Part shown: positions 7,901-16,191 of the stretch, piece after piece
Layout of the letters: the number at the start of each line of letters is the position of its first letter
How positions within the stretch are numbered: the first letter of the stretch is position 1
Origin: Ignicoccus pacificus DSM 13166
Lineage (GTDB): Archaea; Thermoproteota; Thermoprotei_A; Sulfolobales; Ignicoccaceae
Assembly (NCBI GenBank): GCA_025340205.1
Contig: CP006868.1
Location: 300,001-332,000 of the forward strand
Length of the DNA stretch: 32,000 nucleotides
Direction of reading: 5' to 3'
Translations under genes and position numbers: made by a program
The notes under the pieces: model-generated
What the model was told of the DNA's origin: nothing
What the model saw: only the letters and a program-made list of their open reading frames with translations
Databases searched by the model: none

Positions 7901-8596
7901 GTGACGAAGCTGGAGGTCTACGTAGGCACCTCCGGCTGGAGCTACGACTGGAATCCCGACGGCTTGGAATGGTATGCTAAGAACTCCGGCCTTAACGCGG
8001 TCGAACTCAACGCGAGCTTCTATCGCTTCCCTTTTAAGAACATGATAAGGTCTTGGAGCAAGAAAGGAAGGGGACTCAGATGGGCGGTGAAGGTTCACAG
8101 GTCCATAACTCACGTTCACAGGTTGAACGAGAGGAGCTATCAAGCAATGGAGAAGTTCTTGAAGCTCTTCGAACCCATGAGGGAACTCATTGACTTTTAC
8201 TTGGTACAGCTACCTCCTACGTTCCTCAGGAAGAAGGATAATGAAGAAAGGGTCGAGAAGTTCTGCAAGAGGTTTAACGTACCCTTGGCCTTTGAGTTCA
8301 GACATGAAAATTGGTATAATACACCCTTTCTCCTAGATCTTCCAAACTACTACTTGGTTTCGATAGATTCTCCGATAGGTACTTGGATTATTGAAAGTAA
8401 GGACGTCATCTACCTAAGGCTTCATGGGAGAAGATTTTGGTATGCACACGAATATAGTGAGGAGGAGCTGGAGGAGCTCGCGAAAGCTATCTTAAGACAA
8501 GGACCGAAGAAGATCTACGCCTTCTTCAACAATGACCACTGGATGCTCGAAAACGCTAGGTTATTCATGAGGATGCTAAAGGAGTACGCGATCTAG
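7901..8596 (+). CDS. DUF72-family protein
   Basis: 231 aa with the typical DUF72 strings VGTSGWSYDWN near the N-terminus, EFRHENW, LRLHG and FFNND. GTG start. Confidence 0.85.
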   Translation: MTKLEVYVGTSGWSYDWNPDGLEWYAKNSGLNAVELNASFYRFPFKNMIRSWSKKGRGLRWAVKVHRSITHVHRLNERSYQAMEKFLKLFEPMRELIDFYLVQLPPTFLRKKDNEERVEKFCKRFNVPLAFEFRHENWYNTPFLLDLPNYYLVSIDSPIGTWIIESKDVIYLRLHGRRFWYAHEYSEEELEELAKAILRQGPKKIYAFFNNDHWMLENARLFMRMLKEYAI

Positions 8597-8962
8597 CTTA
8601 CAAGCCCTCAGAGCTTTCTTGAGCCTCTCATCGAACGTGAGCAACTTAGCTCCTTCTCTTAAAGTAAGTTCTACGTAGGAGGCGTCGTAGCAGGTTATGC
8701 CACACTTCAAGCTAACCTTCAAGCACGGAACGTCCCTTACCGTCCATCTTTTCAAGAGCCTCTCGAAGAGTTCCCAGCCCCTCAGAGCCTCTTCTTCCTT
8801 GATCTCCCCTCTGCTCACTCTCTTCCAGAACAAGTTACCTATCTCGTACCTTGCTAATGAAGGAACGACGATGTCTTTTCCTAAGAGCCTCTCGACGAGC
8901 TCAGATCCCCCTTCCGGGAAGAAGAGCTTTGCTATGGCAGAAGCGCCGAGGACTACCTTCAC
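8576..8962 (-). CDS. vapC: PIN-domain protein (VapC-like), first acidic catalytic position substituted
   Basis: 128 aa. PIN features CYDASYVELTL and LLTFDERL are present. The N-terminal strand reads MKVVLGASA, where PIN domains normally have hhhD(T/A)S. The codon is GGC, one transition from GAC. Overlaps the upstream antitoxin by 4 nt. Confidence 0.8.
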   Translation of the reverse strand: MKVVLGASAIAKLFFPEGGSELVERLLGKDIVVPSLARYEIGNLFWKRVSRGEIKEEEALRGWELFERLLKRWTVRDVPCLKVSLKCGITCYDASYVELTLREGAKLLTFDERLKKALRACKLDRVLL

Positions 8963-9183
8963 CTAGAATCCCTCACCTCCCTTATGAGGGCTTCCGAGGG
9001 AACTATCTTCCTTCCTTGAAGGGAGCTTCGGAAGGCCTTGAGCTCCTCCATTACCTTCTTCTCTTCCTCCTCCTTCACCCTTTGTTCGAGGAACCTCCTC
9101 ACCTCCTCGGCCCAGTTGACGTTCATCTTTTCCATCTTTTCCTTAAGTTCCTTTGGTATTCTTACGCTGAACACAACGCTCAA
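8959..9183 (-). CDS. vapB: VapB-type antitoxin (ribbon-helix-helix-like N-terminus)
   Basis: 74 aa. N-terminal VVFSVRIPKELKEKMEKM (beta-strand plus helix typical of RHH/CopG antitoxins). Charged linker. C-terminal PSEALIREVRDSR tail. 4-nt overlap with the PIN gene. Confidence 0.7.
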   Translation of the reverse strand: MSVVFSVRIPKELKEKMEKMNVNWAEEVRRFLEQRVKEEEEKKVMEELKAFRSSLQGRKIVPSEALIREVRDSR

Positions 9184-9192
9184 GGCACTCCC

Positions 9193-9212
9193 TGTCTACG
9201 GTTACGTAGACA
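9193..9212. promoter_or_regulatory. perfect 8-bp-arm inverted repeat (TGTCTACG-GTTA-CGTAGACA); candidate VapB operator and/or nadX terminator hairpin
   Basis: Read directly. It lies 10-29 nt upstream of the vapB start (9183) and 5 nt downstream of the nadX stop (9217) on the same strand. Confidence 0.35.
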
Positions 9213-9216
9213 AGGC

Positions 9217-9960
9217 TTAAGTTCCTACCCTGAGAACTCCGCCTTTAGCTATCTCCTTTATAGTTCTCAATACTGATAGTATGGCCAAGTAGCTCGTCTT
9301 GGGATTGTAGGGACTTGGCACGTTCTCGACTCTTATGAAGACGTTGCTGGCTTTTGATATTACCTCTATTTGGTGTATGTTTCTGTCAACCTTTGGATCG
9401 GCTACCACCCTCACTTTAACCGGAGCTCCGGAGGCGAGCTTCAAGGTGGCTACTACGTTTACGTTAAAGGGGAACTTCTTTACAGCCTCCTCCGCGCTTC
9501 CCTCGAACAGGACCTTCTCCTCCGATGTCTCCACTCCTAAGGACTTAGGATTCTTCCTCACCGTTATCCTGACTTCATCTATCCCAACCTCCCTCAAGGC
9601 CTTGATAGCGTCTATCCCAGCGATCGCCCCGGAAGGAACGTAAACCTTGTGCCCGCTCTCCTCAGCCACCTTGATCAGCTTCTCTCTGAGCTCTTCGTTT
9701 ATCAGAGCTCCAACGCTTAGCACTAGGAGGTCGGCTCTCTTGACGGCCTCGAGCCCTAGCTCCTCTACCGCCTTCGGACTTGCCGCTTCCACTATTAGGT
9801 CACAGCCGCTTTCGAACATCTCTATTGGATCCTCGAAGAAGCAGTTTTCACACAGCTCCTTGCACTTCTCCGGGTGCCTATCGTAAAAGACGAGCTCCTC
9901 CTCGAGCTTTTCCTTCAATACCCTAGCCACGTTCCCGCATCCTATCACGCATATCTTCAT
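9217..9960 (-). CDS. nadX: L-aspartate dehydrogenase
   Basis: 247 aa. N-terminal Rossmann MKICVIGCGNVA. GAIAGIDAIKA motif. 4-nt overlap with upstream nadC. Confidence 0.8.
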   Translation of the reverse strand: MKICVIGCGNVARVLKEKLEEELVFYDRHPEKCKELCENCFFEDPIEMFESGCDLIVEAASPKAVEELGLEAVKRADLLVLSVGALINEELREKLIKVAEESGHKVYVPSGAIAGIDAIKALREVGIDEVRITVRKNPKSLGVETSEEKVLFEGSAEEAVKKFPFNVNVVATLKLASGAPVKVRVVADPKVDRNIHQIEVISKASNVFIRVENVPSPYNPKTSYLAILSVLRTIKEIAKGGVLRVGT

Positions 9961-10787
9961 CGTGCGTACCTCATGCTAAGGTCAACGCGGGGCGGGCTTA
10001 TTGTTAGGTACCCCATGCTCACCACGTCCACACACTCGTTCAAGTATTCAATTACGTTCTCCTTGTTTATGCCCCCGCTAACTTCGATTACTACCTCGCT
10101 TCTCCTCCTCTTCAGCTCGCAAGCGGCGCTCTTGGCCTCTTCTGGAGGGAAGTTGTCAAGCATTATTACGTCAGCGTAAGGGAGCACTTCCAAGGCCTCT
10201 TCTAAGCTCCTCACCTCCACCTCTAACTTATGAGCAAAACTCTTCCTAGAGTGGGCCCTCTTAACTGCCTCCAGAAGGCCTCCAGAGGCCTCCGCATGCG
10301 TATCCTTGATCATCAGCATGTCGCTCAAAGAGAGCCTGTGAGTGTCAGCTCCGGCACACGAGGCGAAGAGCTTGGCCCACAGCCTCATTCCGGGTACCGT
10401 CTTCCTAGTAACAGCTAACCTTACCTTTTCAAATCCCTTTTCGTTCAAGTACTCTCTAACCCTTCTCACCTCGGTTGAGATGCTAAGCACGTGGATCAAG
10501 AAGTTGAGGAGGGTCCTTTCTAGGACCAATATCTCCTTCGCGTCGCCTTTGATTCTGATAAAGGGGCCCTTAATCCATCCCTCCTTAACGAACGTTACCT
10601 CTATCCCCATCCTCGAGAGGGCGTCCTTCACCAATTCCAAGTTACAAGCGTAGACCTCGCTCTTGGCAACTATCTCAAACTCCTTCCTCCCGATATCCCC
10701 CAACGCATAAGTCGTTAGGTCGTAGAGCGGTACGTCTTCTTTTAACCACGAAAGGAGGTCCTCCTTTAGTCTTTCGCCTAGATACAT
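9957..10787 (-). CDS. nadC: nicotinate-nucleotide pyrophosphorylase (quinolinate phosphoribosyltransferase)
   Basis: 276 aa with AVTRKTVPGMR and IMLDNF motifs and a C-terminal SGGI string typical of QPRTase. Confidence 0.88.
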   Translation of the reverse strand: MYLGERLKEDLLSWLKEDVPLYDLTTYALGDIGRKEFEIVAKSEVYACNLELVKDALSRMGIEVTFVKEGWIKGPFIRIKGDAKEILVLERTLLNFLIHVLSISTEVRRVREYLNEKGFEKVRLAVTRKTVPGMRLWAKLFASCAGADTHRLSLSDMLMIKDTHAEASGGLLEAVKRAHSRKSFAHKLEVEVRSLEEALEVLPYADVIMLDNFPPEEAKSAACELKRRRSEVVIEVSGGINKENVIEYLNECVDVVSMGYLTISPPRVDLSMRYAR

Positions 10788-10846
10788 CTTGGATTACCGA
10801 GAAAGAAGATAAGAGCGCCGGTAAAGCCCTTCATAGGAGAGGGAGC

Positions 10847-11857
10847 ATGGTGGACCTAACCACTATAGCGGCAGTAGGAGCTTCCTTGGCAGCGCTGTTC
10901 GGACTGATACTACTAGTCTACAACTTCGTCGCCATAAATCCCAACTTAGGAGCTCTTACCAGTACCACCAAGGACTTGAACATCTCGCTAAATCAATTGA
11001 AGAGTAACCTCACCTTAATCCAGAATGACTTGCAGAAGCTTTTGAATGTAGCTGAGAACAAGCTCAACAGAAGGATAGGAGAGGTCGGGAAGAAGATAAC
11101 GTCACTCAACCAGACCTTGAACAGAGTGTTCAGCAGGTTCGAGGAGGGCACAAAGAAGCTGGAGCTGAGGTTGAGGGACTTGGAGCTTTATCTTACTCAG
11201 TTTAACAAAACCCTAGTCGAAATATACGACGAGGTCTACAACGTCAGAACACTTGTTATAAACAATACCAAGGCCTTAAACAGCACGATCGTCAATGAGA
11301 CGCTGAAGACTCAGAGGCTAATCGAGATGGAAACTAAGGATCTCATGAGGAAGGTTGAGTCCCTATATCAGAACTTAACCAACACAATTGAGGAAGGCAA
11401 CCTCCAAGTAATTCAAAACATGACCAAGCTAATAGATAGGTATCAAACGAAGATGGACGAGAAGGTTAAGGAATTGGGAGCCCTCCTCAAGAAGCTGGAT
11501 CTCCAGCTACAATCGCTCAACGCCACCCAAGCACAGCTAAACGAAGCCTTGACCTCCCTCTCTGCCAAGTTGCTTCAGCTCAATGTAGAGCTGAAGCAGT
11601 TGAACAAGCTCAACAACGACTTAAAGAACGCTATCGACGAACTGAAGTCTACTATCAACGATCTCAAGACTTACATTAAGGTGCAGATGCAAGACATGAA
11701 GAGCTACATACAGAACACTAGGACCGAACTTCTAAACCAGATAAACGCTAAGTACAGCAACCTGCAAGGCCAGATAAACACCTTGATGATGCTTCAGCTA
11801 ATACCAGCGCTTACCTTGCTGATTTCAATAGCTATCCTCTACTTCACCTTGACCTAA
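10847..11857 (+). CDS. sequon-rich coiled-coil protein with hydrophobic helices at both termini
   Basis: 336 aa. N-terminal helix TIAAVGASLAALFGLILLVYNFVAI. C-terminal helix LMMLQLIPALTLLISIAILYFTL. The ~280 aa between them are Leu/Asn/Gln/Lys/Thr-rich heptad-like sequence. I count ten N-x-S/T sequons (NIS, NLT, NQT, NKT, NNT, NST, NET, NLT, NMT, NAT). Confidence 0.75.
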   Translation: MVDLTTIAAVGASLAALFGLILLVYNFVAINPNLGALTSTTKDLNISLNQLKSNLTLIQNDLQKLLNVAENKLNRRIGEVGKKITSLNQTLNRVFSRFEEGTKKLELRLRDLELYLTQFNKTLVEIYDEVYNVRTLVINNTKALNSTIVNETLKTQRLIEMETKDLMRKVESLYQNLTNTIEEGNLQVIQNMTKLIDRYQTKMDEKVKELGALLKKLDLQLQSLNATQAQLNEALTSLSAKLLQLNVELKQLNKLNNDLKNAIDELKSTINDLKTYIKVQMQDMKSYIQNTRTELLNQINAKYSNLQGQINTLMMLQLIPALTLLISIAILYFTLT

Positions 11858-11861
11858 GGCG

Positions 11862-11867
11862 TTTTTT
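11862..11867 (+). terminator. oligo-T tract (T6) 4 nt after the stop of the 336-aa gene
   Basis: TAAGGCGTTTTTTCTATCC. Archaeal intrinsic termination typically uses T-runs. Confidence 0.45.
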
Positions 11868-11915
11868 CTATCCTATAAGCAAGTAAGGTCTAAGAGATCT
11901 CTCCCCTCTACTTAT

Positions 11916-12632
11916 GTGGGGCTCATCTTGGACGAAAGGGATCTACTAAAAATGATTCTGACGCCGATACTCGAAAGAGCCAAGGAGGACAGGATGCAGA
12001 GCGAGGACGATAGGGAAGACGTGGTACACGTCTCCAAGCTGAGTAGAGGGTGCGTAAAGTTCAAGGAAAATAGACTCTTCGAAGACGACGTGGACACGTT
12101 TATAGAATCTTTGTTAAAGGGTGAGAACAACAGCATCTCGTGGCTTTTGGGACAGCTGGTTCACGCAAGCATAGAGGGGCTTACCGACCATAAGGTAATA
12201 GACGGATGTCAGCTCATTGCAGAGAAGGAAGTGTTCAAGAAGGTGAGGATATCTTGTCCTCCTCATGAGGTTACTGTAGTAGGTCACGTAGACCTCTACG
12301 CCTCTTGTCCCCAAGGAGACTTCGCCGTAGAGCTCAAGTACAGGGGAGGGGGAGAGTTAGGTCTGAGAAGTCTCTACCAAACCAAGGTGTACTCAGCTGC
12401 CCTGGGCGTACCAGTGTACATAATTATAATAACTCCAGAAAAGGTTAAGGTGGAGAAAGTAGAGGCAGATGAGGCCTTCCTTCAAGACATAGTCGACCGC
12501 TTCAAGTGCAAGGGATTGATAGAGGAGATAGTGTTCAACCCCGACGCGAGGCCATGTAACAACTGCGCGCTAAGAGAGCAATGCGACGTGTGGAAGAGGA
12601 CGGTAAGCGTGCTCCTCTCGAAGATATCTTAA
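11916..12632 (+). CDS. Cas4-family / RecB-like PD-(D/E)XK nuclease with 4-Cys cluster (stand-alone)
   Basis: 238 aa. N-terminal Cys (SRGCVKF). GHVDLY...FAVELKYRGG (D...E-x-K). YQTKVYS (QxxxY). C-terminal CNNCALREQC (CX2CX5C). No cas genes or array nearby. Confidence 0.75.
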   Translation: MGLILDERDLLKMILTPILERAKEDRMQSEDDREDVVHVSKLSRGCVKFKENRLFEDDVDTFIESLLKGENNSISWLLGQLVHASIEGLTDHKVIDGCQLIAEKEVFKKVRISCPPHEVTVVGHVDLYASCPQGDFAVELKYRGGGELGLRSLYQTKVYSAALGVPVYIIIITPEKVKVEKVEADEAFLQDIVDRFKCKGLIEEIVFNPDARPCNNCALREQCDVWKRTVSVLLSKIS

Positions 12633-12664
12633 GAGCCTCTGAGGAGAGGAGGTGGTGAGTCGCT

Positions 12665-12850
12665 TTGGTAACCAACATAACCCAGACGGTAACTCAAACG
12701 ATAACCAATACGGTCACCGGTACCGTAATAAGCATCTGTGCCTCTAACGAAGCTATGTTCGTCGGCATGGCTATTGCCGTAGCGGTCGCCACCCTCTTGG
12801 GGGTGTTCGTGGGAACTTACGCTTGCAAGCGATTGAGGTGTAAGAGGTGA
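12665..12850 (+). CDS. small single-pass membrane protein with Thr-rich N-terminus (mini-paralogue of the stalk/anchor of the 414-aa surface protein)
   Basis: 61 aa. TNITQTVTQTITNTVTGTV, then TM MFVGMAIAVAVATLLGVFVGTY, then basic tail CKRLRCKR. TTG start preceded by GGAGGTGGTGA. Its stop overlaps the GTG start of dph5 (GTGA). Fills an otherwise coding-like 214-nt gap. Confidence 0.5.
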   Translation: MVTNITQTVTQTITNTVTGTVISICASNEAMFVGMAIAVAVATLLGVFVGTYACKRLRCKR

Positions 12851-13596
12851 GGTTCTCCCTCGTGGGAGCGGGGCTTAGGTGTGAGCAAGTTACCGAGGAG
12901 GCTTGGGAGGAGATAAGAAAGAGAAAGGAGGTCTTCGTAGACGTTTATACTAGCCTCTACCCAGGAGGACTCCTCAACTGCGTTAAGAAGGTAAGAGAAG
13001 ATGCGAAAGAAGCTCATAGGGATTTGCTTGAAGGGGATTTCCTAAAGGGAAGGAATGACGTAGCTCTGGTCGTTCCTGGAGATCCCTTCGCCGCCACGAC
13101 CCACGTTTCGCTCTACGTCGAGGCGAGGAAGAGGGGTTATGATGTCAAGCTGATTCCCGGCATCTCCGCGCTCCAAGTCGCTAGGACGAAGTCCGGCCTC
13201 TCTCAGTACCGTTTCGGAAGGGTGGTTACCATGATGTATCCGAGGGAAGGGATATCCTTCTCCGAGTCAGTTTACTATGCGATAAAGGATAACGATTCCT
13301 TAAACTTGCACACGATAGTCCTCCTAGAGACAGGTTATGATAGGAGCATGACGGCTCCGGAGGCGGCCAAGCTCTTAATAGAGGAGGCTAGGAGGAAAGG
13401 GGATCCCATGGATGATAGGATGGTAATAGTAATGGCAAGGCTCTGTTGGGACAATGAGATAATAGAAGCTATGACGCTGAAGGAAGCTAGCGAAGGGGAC
13501 TTCGGACCCCCTCCCCATTTAATGGTAATTCCTTCTCCAAAGCTCCACCCGATGGAGGAGGAGTTCCTAGAAACGCTTAAGAGTTCAAAGCCTTAA
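12847..13596 (+). CDS. dph5: diphthine synthase
   Basis: 249 aa. N-terminal SLVGAGL, VVPGDPFAATTH, GLSQYRFGRVVT and LHTIVLLE align well with Dph5/DphB. Confidence 0.88.
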   Translation: MRFSLVGAGLRCEQVTEEAWEEIRKRKEVFVDVYTSLYPGGLLNCVKKVREDAKEAHRDLLEGDFLKGRNDVALVVPGDPFAATTHVSLYVEARKRGYDVKLIPGISALQVARTKSGLSQYRFGRVVTMMYPREGISFSESVYYAIKDNDSLNLHTIVLLETGYDRSMTAPEAAKLLIEEARRKGDPMDDRMVIVMARLCWDNEIIEAMTLKEASEGDFGPPPHLMVIPSPKLHPMEEEFLETLKSSKP

Positions 13597-14140
13597 GGTT
13601 GAGCTCGTAGGCCTTCGGCCACATCTCCTTGAGCACTTCCTCCACCTCCTCCTTGCCGAAGAAGCCCTCGAAAACCCCTTCCTTCAACGCCCTTCCGAGG
13701 AGGACTATGTTCGCTACCCTAGCGTTCCCAAGCTCCAACGCCCTTTGAGTGGCGTTTACAGTTACGACTTTAATTCCGTTCATAGCCTTCAATATCTCGT
13801 CTCTAGTGGGGACTTGAACGTCTGGAAGAGAGGGAGGAAGCAAGTAATCGTTTACTATCGCAGTAGCTCCTCCCCTCAAGTAATCAGAATACCTCAAAGC
13901 TTCAATTAGTTCCATTGAGAGCATCAAATCTCCTTCACCTTTGGGAATCAGAGGGGCACTCACCTCCCCAAGCCTCACGTGCACTATCACCGTTCCGCCC
14001 CTCTGGCTTAACCCATGGGTCTCCGCTACAACGACCGGAGTCCCAGCCTTGAGCGAGGCCTTAGCGATTATGTTTGCTAACGTGATTAGGCCTTGGCCCC
14101 CAACGCCGCTAATAACTACGTTCAGCTTCACCCCTACCAC
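13577..14140 (-). CDS. iorB: indolepyruvate:ferredoxin oxidoreductase, beta subunit
   Basis: 187 aa. NVVISGVGGQGLITLANIIAKA, typical of the gamma-type domain of 2-oxoacid:ferredoxin oxidoreductases. 7-nt overlap with iorA upstream. Confidence 0.85.
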   Translation of the reverse strand: MVGVKLNVVISGVGGQGLITLANIIAKASLKAGTPVVVAETHGLSQRGGTVIVHVRLGEVSAPLIPKGEGDLMLSMELIEALRYSDYLRGGATAIVNDYLLPPSLPDVQVPTRDEILKAMNGIKVVTVNATQRALELGNARVANIVLLGRALKEGVFEGFFGKEEVEEVLKEMWPKAYELNLKALNS

Positions 14141-16134
14141 CTCGGCTTAGCGGTTCTGAGGAGCTGGTCCCACTCGGGGACCCTCTCCTTTATCACGAAG
14201 GCCCCGAAGGGACAAATCTGTTCACACTGGCCGCATCCGACGCAGAGTGAGGGATCGATCCAAGCCTTTCCATCTTCCTTCTTTATTATAGCTGGACAGT
14301 TGAAGGCCTTGTAGCATATTCCGCAAGCGGTGCACTTGCTCTCCTCCACGTAGTACTGGGGAACCTTGATTCCCTTCCTTCTGGCGTGAGCTAAGGCTAC
14401 CAAGGAGCAAGCGCCCTTAGCTATCACCACTGCGGGTTTCCTCTGCTCTATTACGTACTTAATTGCTTCCAAGGTCTTCTCCTCTGAATCCTTTATTGAG
14501 AAAGCGTCCGCTACCAGAACCTTCTCAACTCCTATTCCCTTCACCACACTCTCCATGTCTATCTCCTTCGCCGGCCTTCCTCCGGCCCCTATCCCCACTC
14601 CCGGATGGGGCTGGTGGCCGGTCATCGCGGTGGTATAGTTATCTAGAATTATCGTGAGCAAGGGGGCTTGGTTGTAGACCACGTTTATTAATGAGGTAAC
14701 TCCGCTATGGTAAAAGGTGGAGTCGCCTATTATGGCTATGATTAACCTCTTAGGATCCTCTCTAAACGCTTGAGCCATTCCTCCTCCGGCCCCTATGCTG
14801 GCTCCCATGTCTATGATAATGTCTTGAACCTCGAAAGGTGGAGTAATTCCCAAGCTGTAGCATCCTATATCGCCGCTGTATATTGGCTCAACTCTAGCCT
14901 TGTTCACAGCCCTCTTCAAGGCGTAGAAGTACGAGCGGTAAGGGCATCCGGGGCAGAGGACCGGAGGCCTTGGGGGGAGCTTTGGTACTTCCCTTACCTT
15001 AGGCCTTTCCACCTCCATTCCGTAAGTCCTCCCTATGGCCTCCCTGACCTCCGCTAGGTCCAACTCCCCGTACCTTCTCAGAGTTCCATCCATCTTTCCG
15101 AATATCTCAGTCTTCGATCCCCTCTTCTGGGCCTCCTCTCTTAGCTGAGCTTCTACTACGGGCTCTCCTTCCTCTATCACTATAACTTTATCGTGCTCTA
15201 AGGCCTTCTCTATGACCCTATCGGGAAGGGGAACGGGAGTGCTTATCCCTATTAACGTAACCGGGATTTCCAAGTCCTTTACCGCCTCCTTGGCATATAC
15301 GTAACCTATCCCACTTGCGAGAACGGCTATTTCCCCGGATCCCTCGACCGAATTCAAGGGAAAGTCAGAAAGCTCTCCCTTAACCTCTTCCCAGAACCTG
15401 AGGAGTTCAACTCTATGCCTTCTAGCGAACTCGGGAATAAGGGTCCACTTAGATGGATCCCTTCTGAAACGAGGTTCTGCCTTAAGCTCCTCTAAGTTTA
15501 TCTTACCTAAGGTGATTGGAGCTCTGCTGTGAGCGATTCTAGTGGTAATTCTGAAGAGGAAGGGTCTCTTCAGAGCGTAGCTCCACTCGAGGGCGAGCCT
15601 AGCTGCTTCCTTCGCCTCTTGAACTCCTCTGGGCTCTATTACCGGAACGAACGCGTGAAGGCCATAGATTCTGTTATCTTGCTCGTTTTGACTGCTCCAC
15701 ATCCAAGGATCGTCAGCTGATACAACTACCAGCGCTCCGTCAACTCCCAAGTAGGCCGAGCTGAAGAAGGGGTCAGCGGCTACGTTCAGACCTACGTGCT
15801 TCATGCCGGTGAAGGCCTTTAGGCCGGAGATGGCAGCTCCCAGAGCGGCCTCCAAGGCGACCTTCTCGTTGGTGCTCCACTCCACGTAGGGAACTCCCTT
15901 CTTGCTCGCAAAGTAGGACAGGGCCTCAGTTATCTCCGTGCTGGGAGTTCCTGGGTATGCGGAAGCGAACTGGAGGCCTCCTTCTAGGAGCCCCCTAGCT
16001 ATAGCGGCGTTTCCCAGCATGATTTCGGTTTTTCCCTCCTCACTGAGCACCTCCGAGTACTTGGGCAAGGTAGCACCTAAGCTCCCTCTCCTAGTCCACA
16101 AGTATTTGTCTTTCTTGATTAGGCGTTCAAGCAC
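14134..16134 (-). CDS. iorA: indolepyruvate:ferredoxin oxidoreductase, alpha subunit
   Basis: 666 aa. N-terminal pyrimidine-binding domain (GNAAIARGLLEGG...YPGTPSTEI). TPP motif GDSTFYHSG. C-terminal ferredoxin-type clusters (CTACGICYKAFNCP, CVGCGQCEQICP). Confidence 0.92.
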   Translation of the reverse strand: MLERLIKKDKYLWTRRGSLGATLPKYSEVLSEEGKTEIMLGNAAIARGLLEGGLQFASAYPGTPSTEITEALSYFASKKGVPYVEWSTNEKVALEAALGAAISGLKAFTGMKHVGLNVAADPFFSSAYLGVDGALVVVSADDPWMWSSQNEQDNRIYGLHAFVPVIEPRGVQEAKEAARLALEWSYALKRPFLFRITTRIAHSRAPITLGKINLEELKAEPRFRRDPSKWTLIPEFARRHRVELLRFWEEVKGELSDFPLNSVEGSGEIAVLASGIGYVYAKEAVKDLEIPVTLIGISTPVPLPDRVIEKALEHDKVIVIEEGEPVVEAQLREEAQKRGSKTEIFGKMDGTLRRYGELDLAEVREAIGRTYGMEVERPKVREVPKLPPRPPVLCPGCPYRSYFYALKRAVNKARVEPIYSGDIGCYSLGITPPFEVQDIIIDMGASIGAGGGMAQAFREDPKRLIIAIIGDSTFYHSGVTSLINVVYNQAPLLTIILDNYTTAMTGHQPHPGVGIGAGGRPAKEIDMESVVKGIGVEKVLVADAFSIKDSEEKTLEAIKYVIEQRKPAVVIAKGACSLVALAHARRKGIKVPQYYVEESKCTACGICYKAFNCPAIIKKEDGKAWIDPSLCVGCGQCEQICPFGAFVIKERVPEWDQLLRTAKPRW

Positions 16135-16151
16135 GAAAGCGCCGCAGATCC

Positions 16152-16159
16152 TTTAATAA
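16152..16159. promoter_or_regulatory. single AT-rich box (TTTAATAA) in the 57-nt divergent iorA/gatB spacer; candidate shared TATA element
   Basis: It is the only A+T-rich element between the iorA start (16134, minus) and the gatB start (16192, plus). It is ~22 nt from the former and ~36 nt from the latter, and nearly palindromic. Confidence 0.35.
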
Positions 16160-16191
16160 CAGCCTTCTTCACGAAGGGTCGGGAAAGCCTA

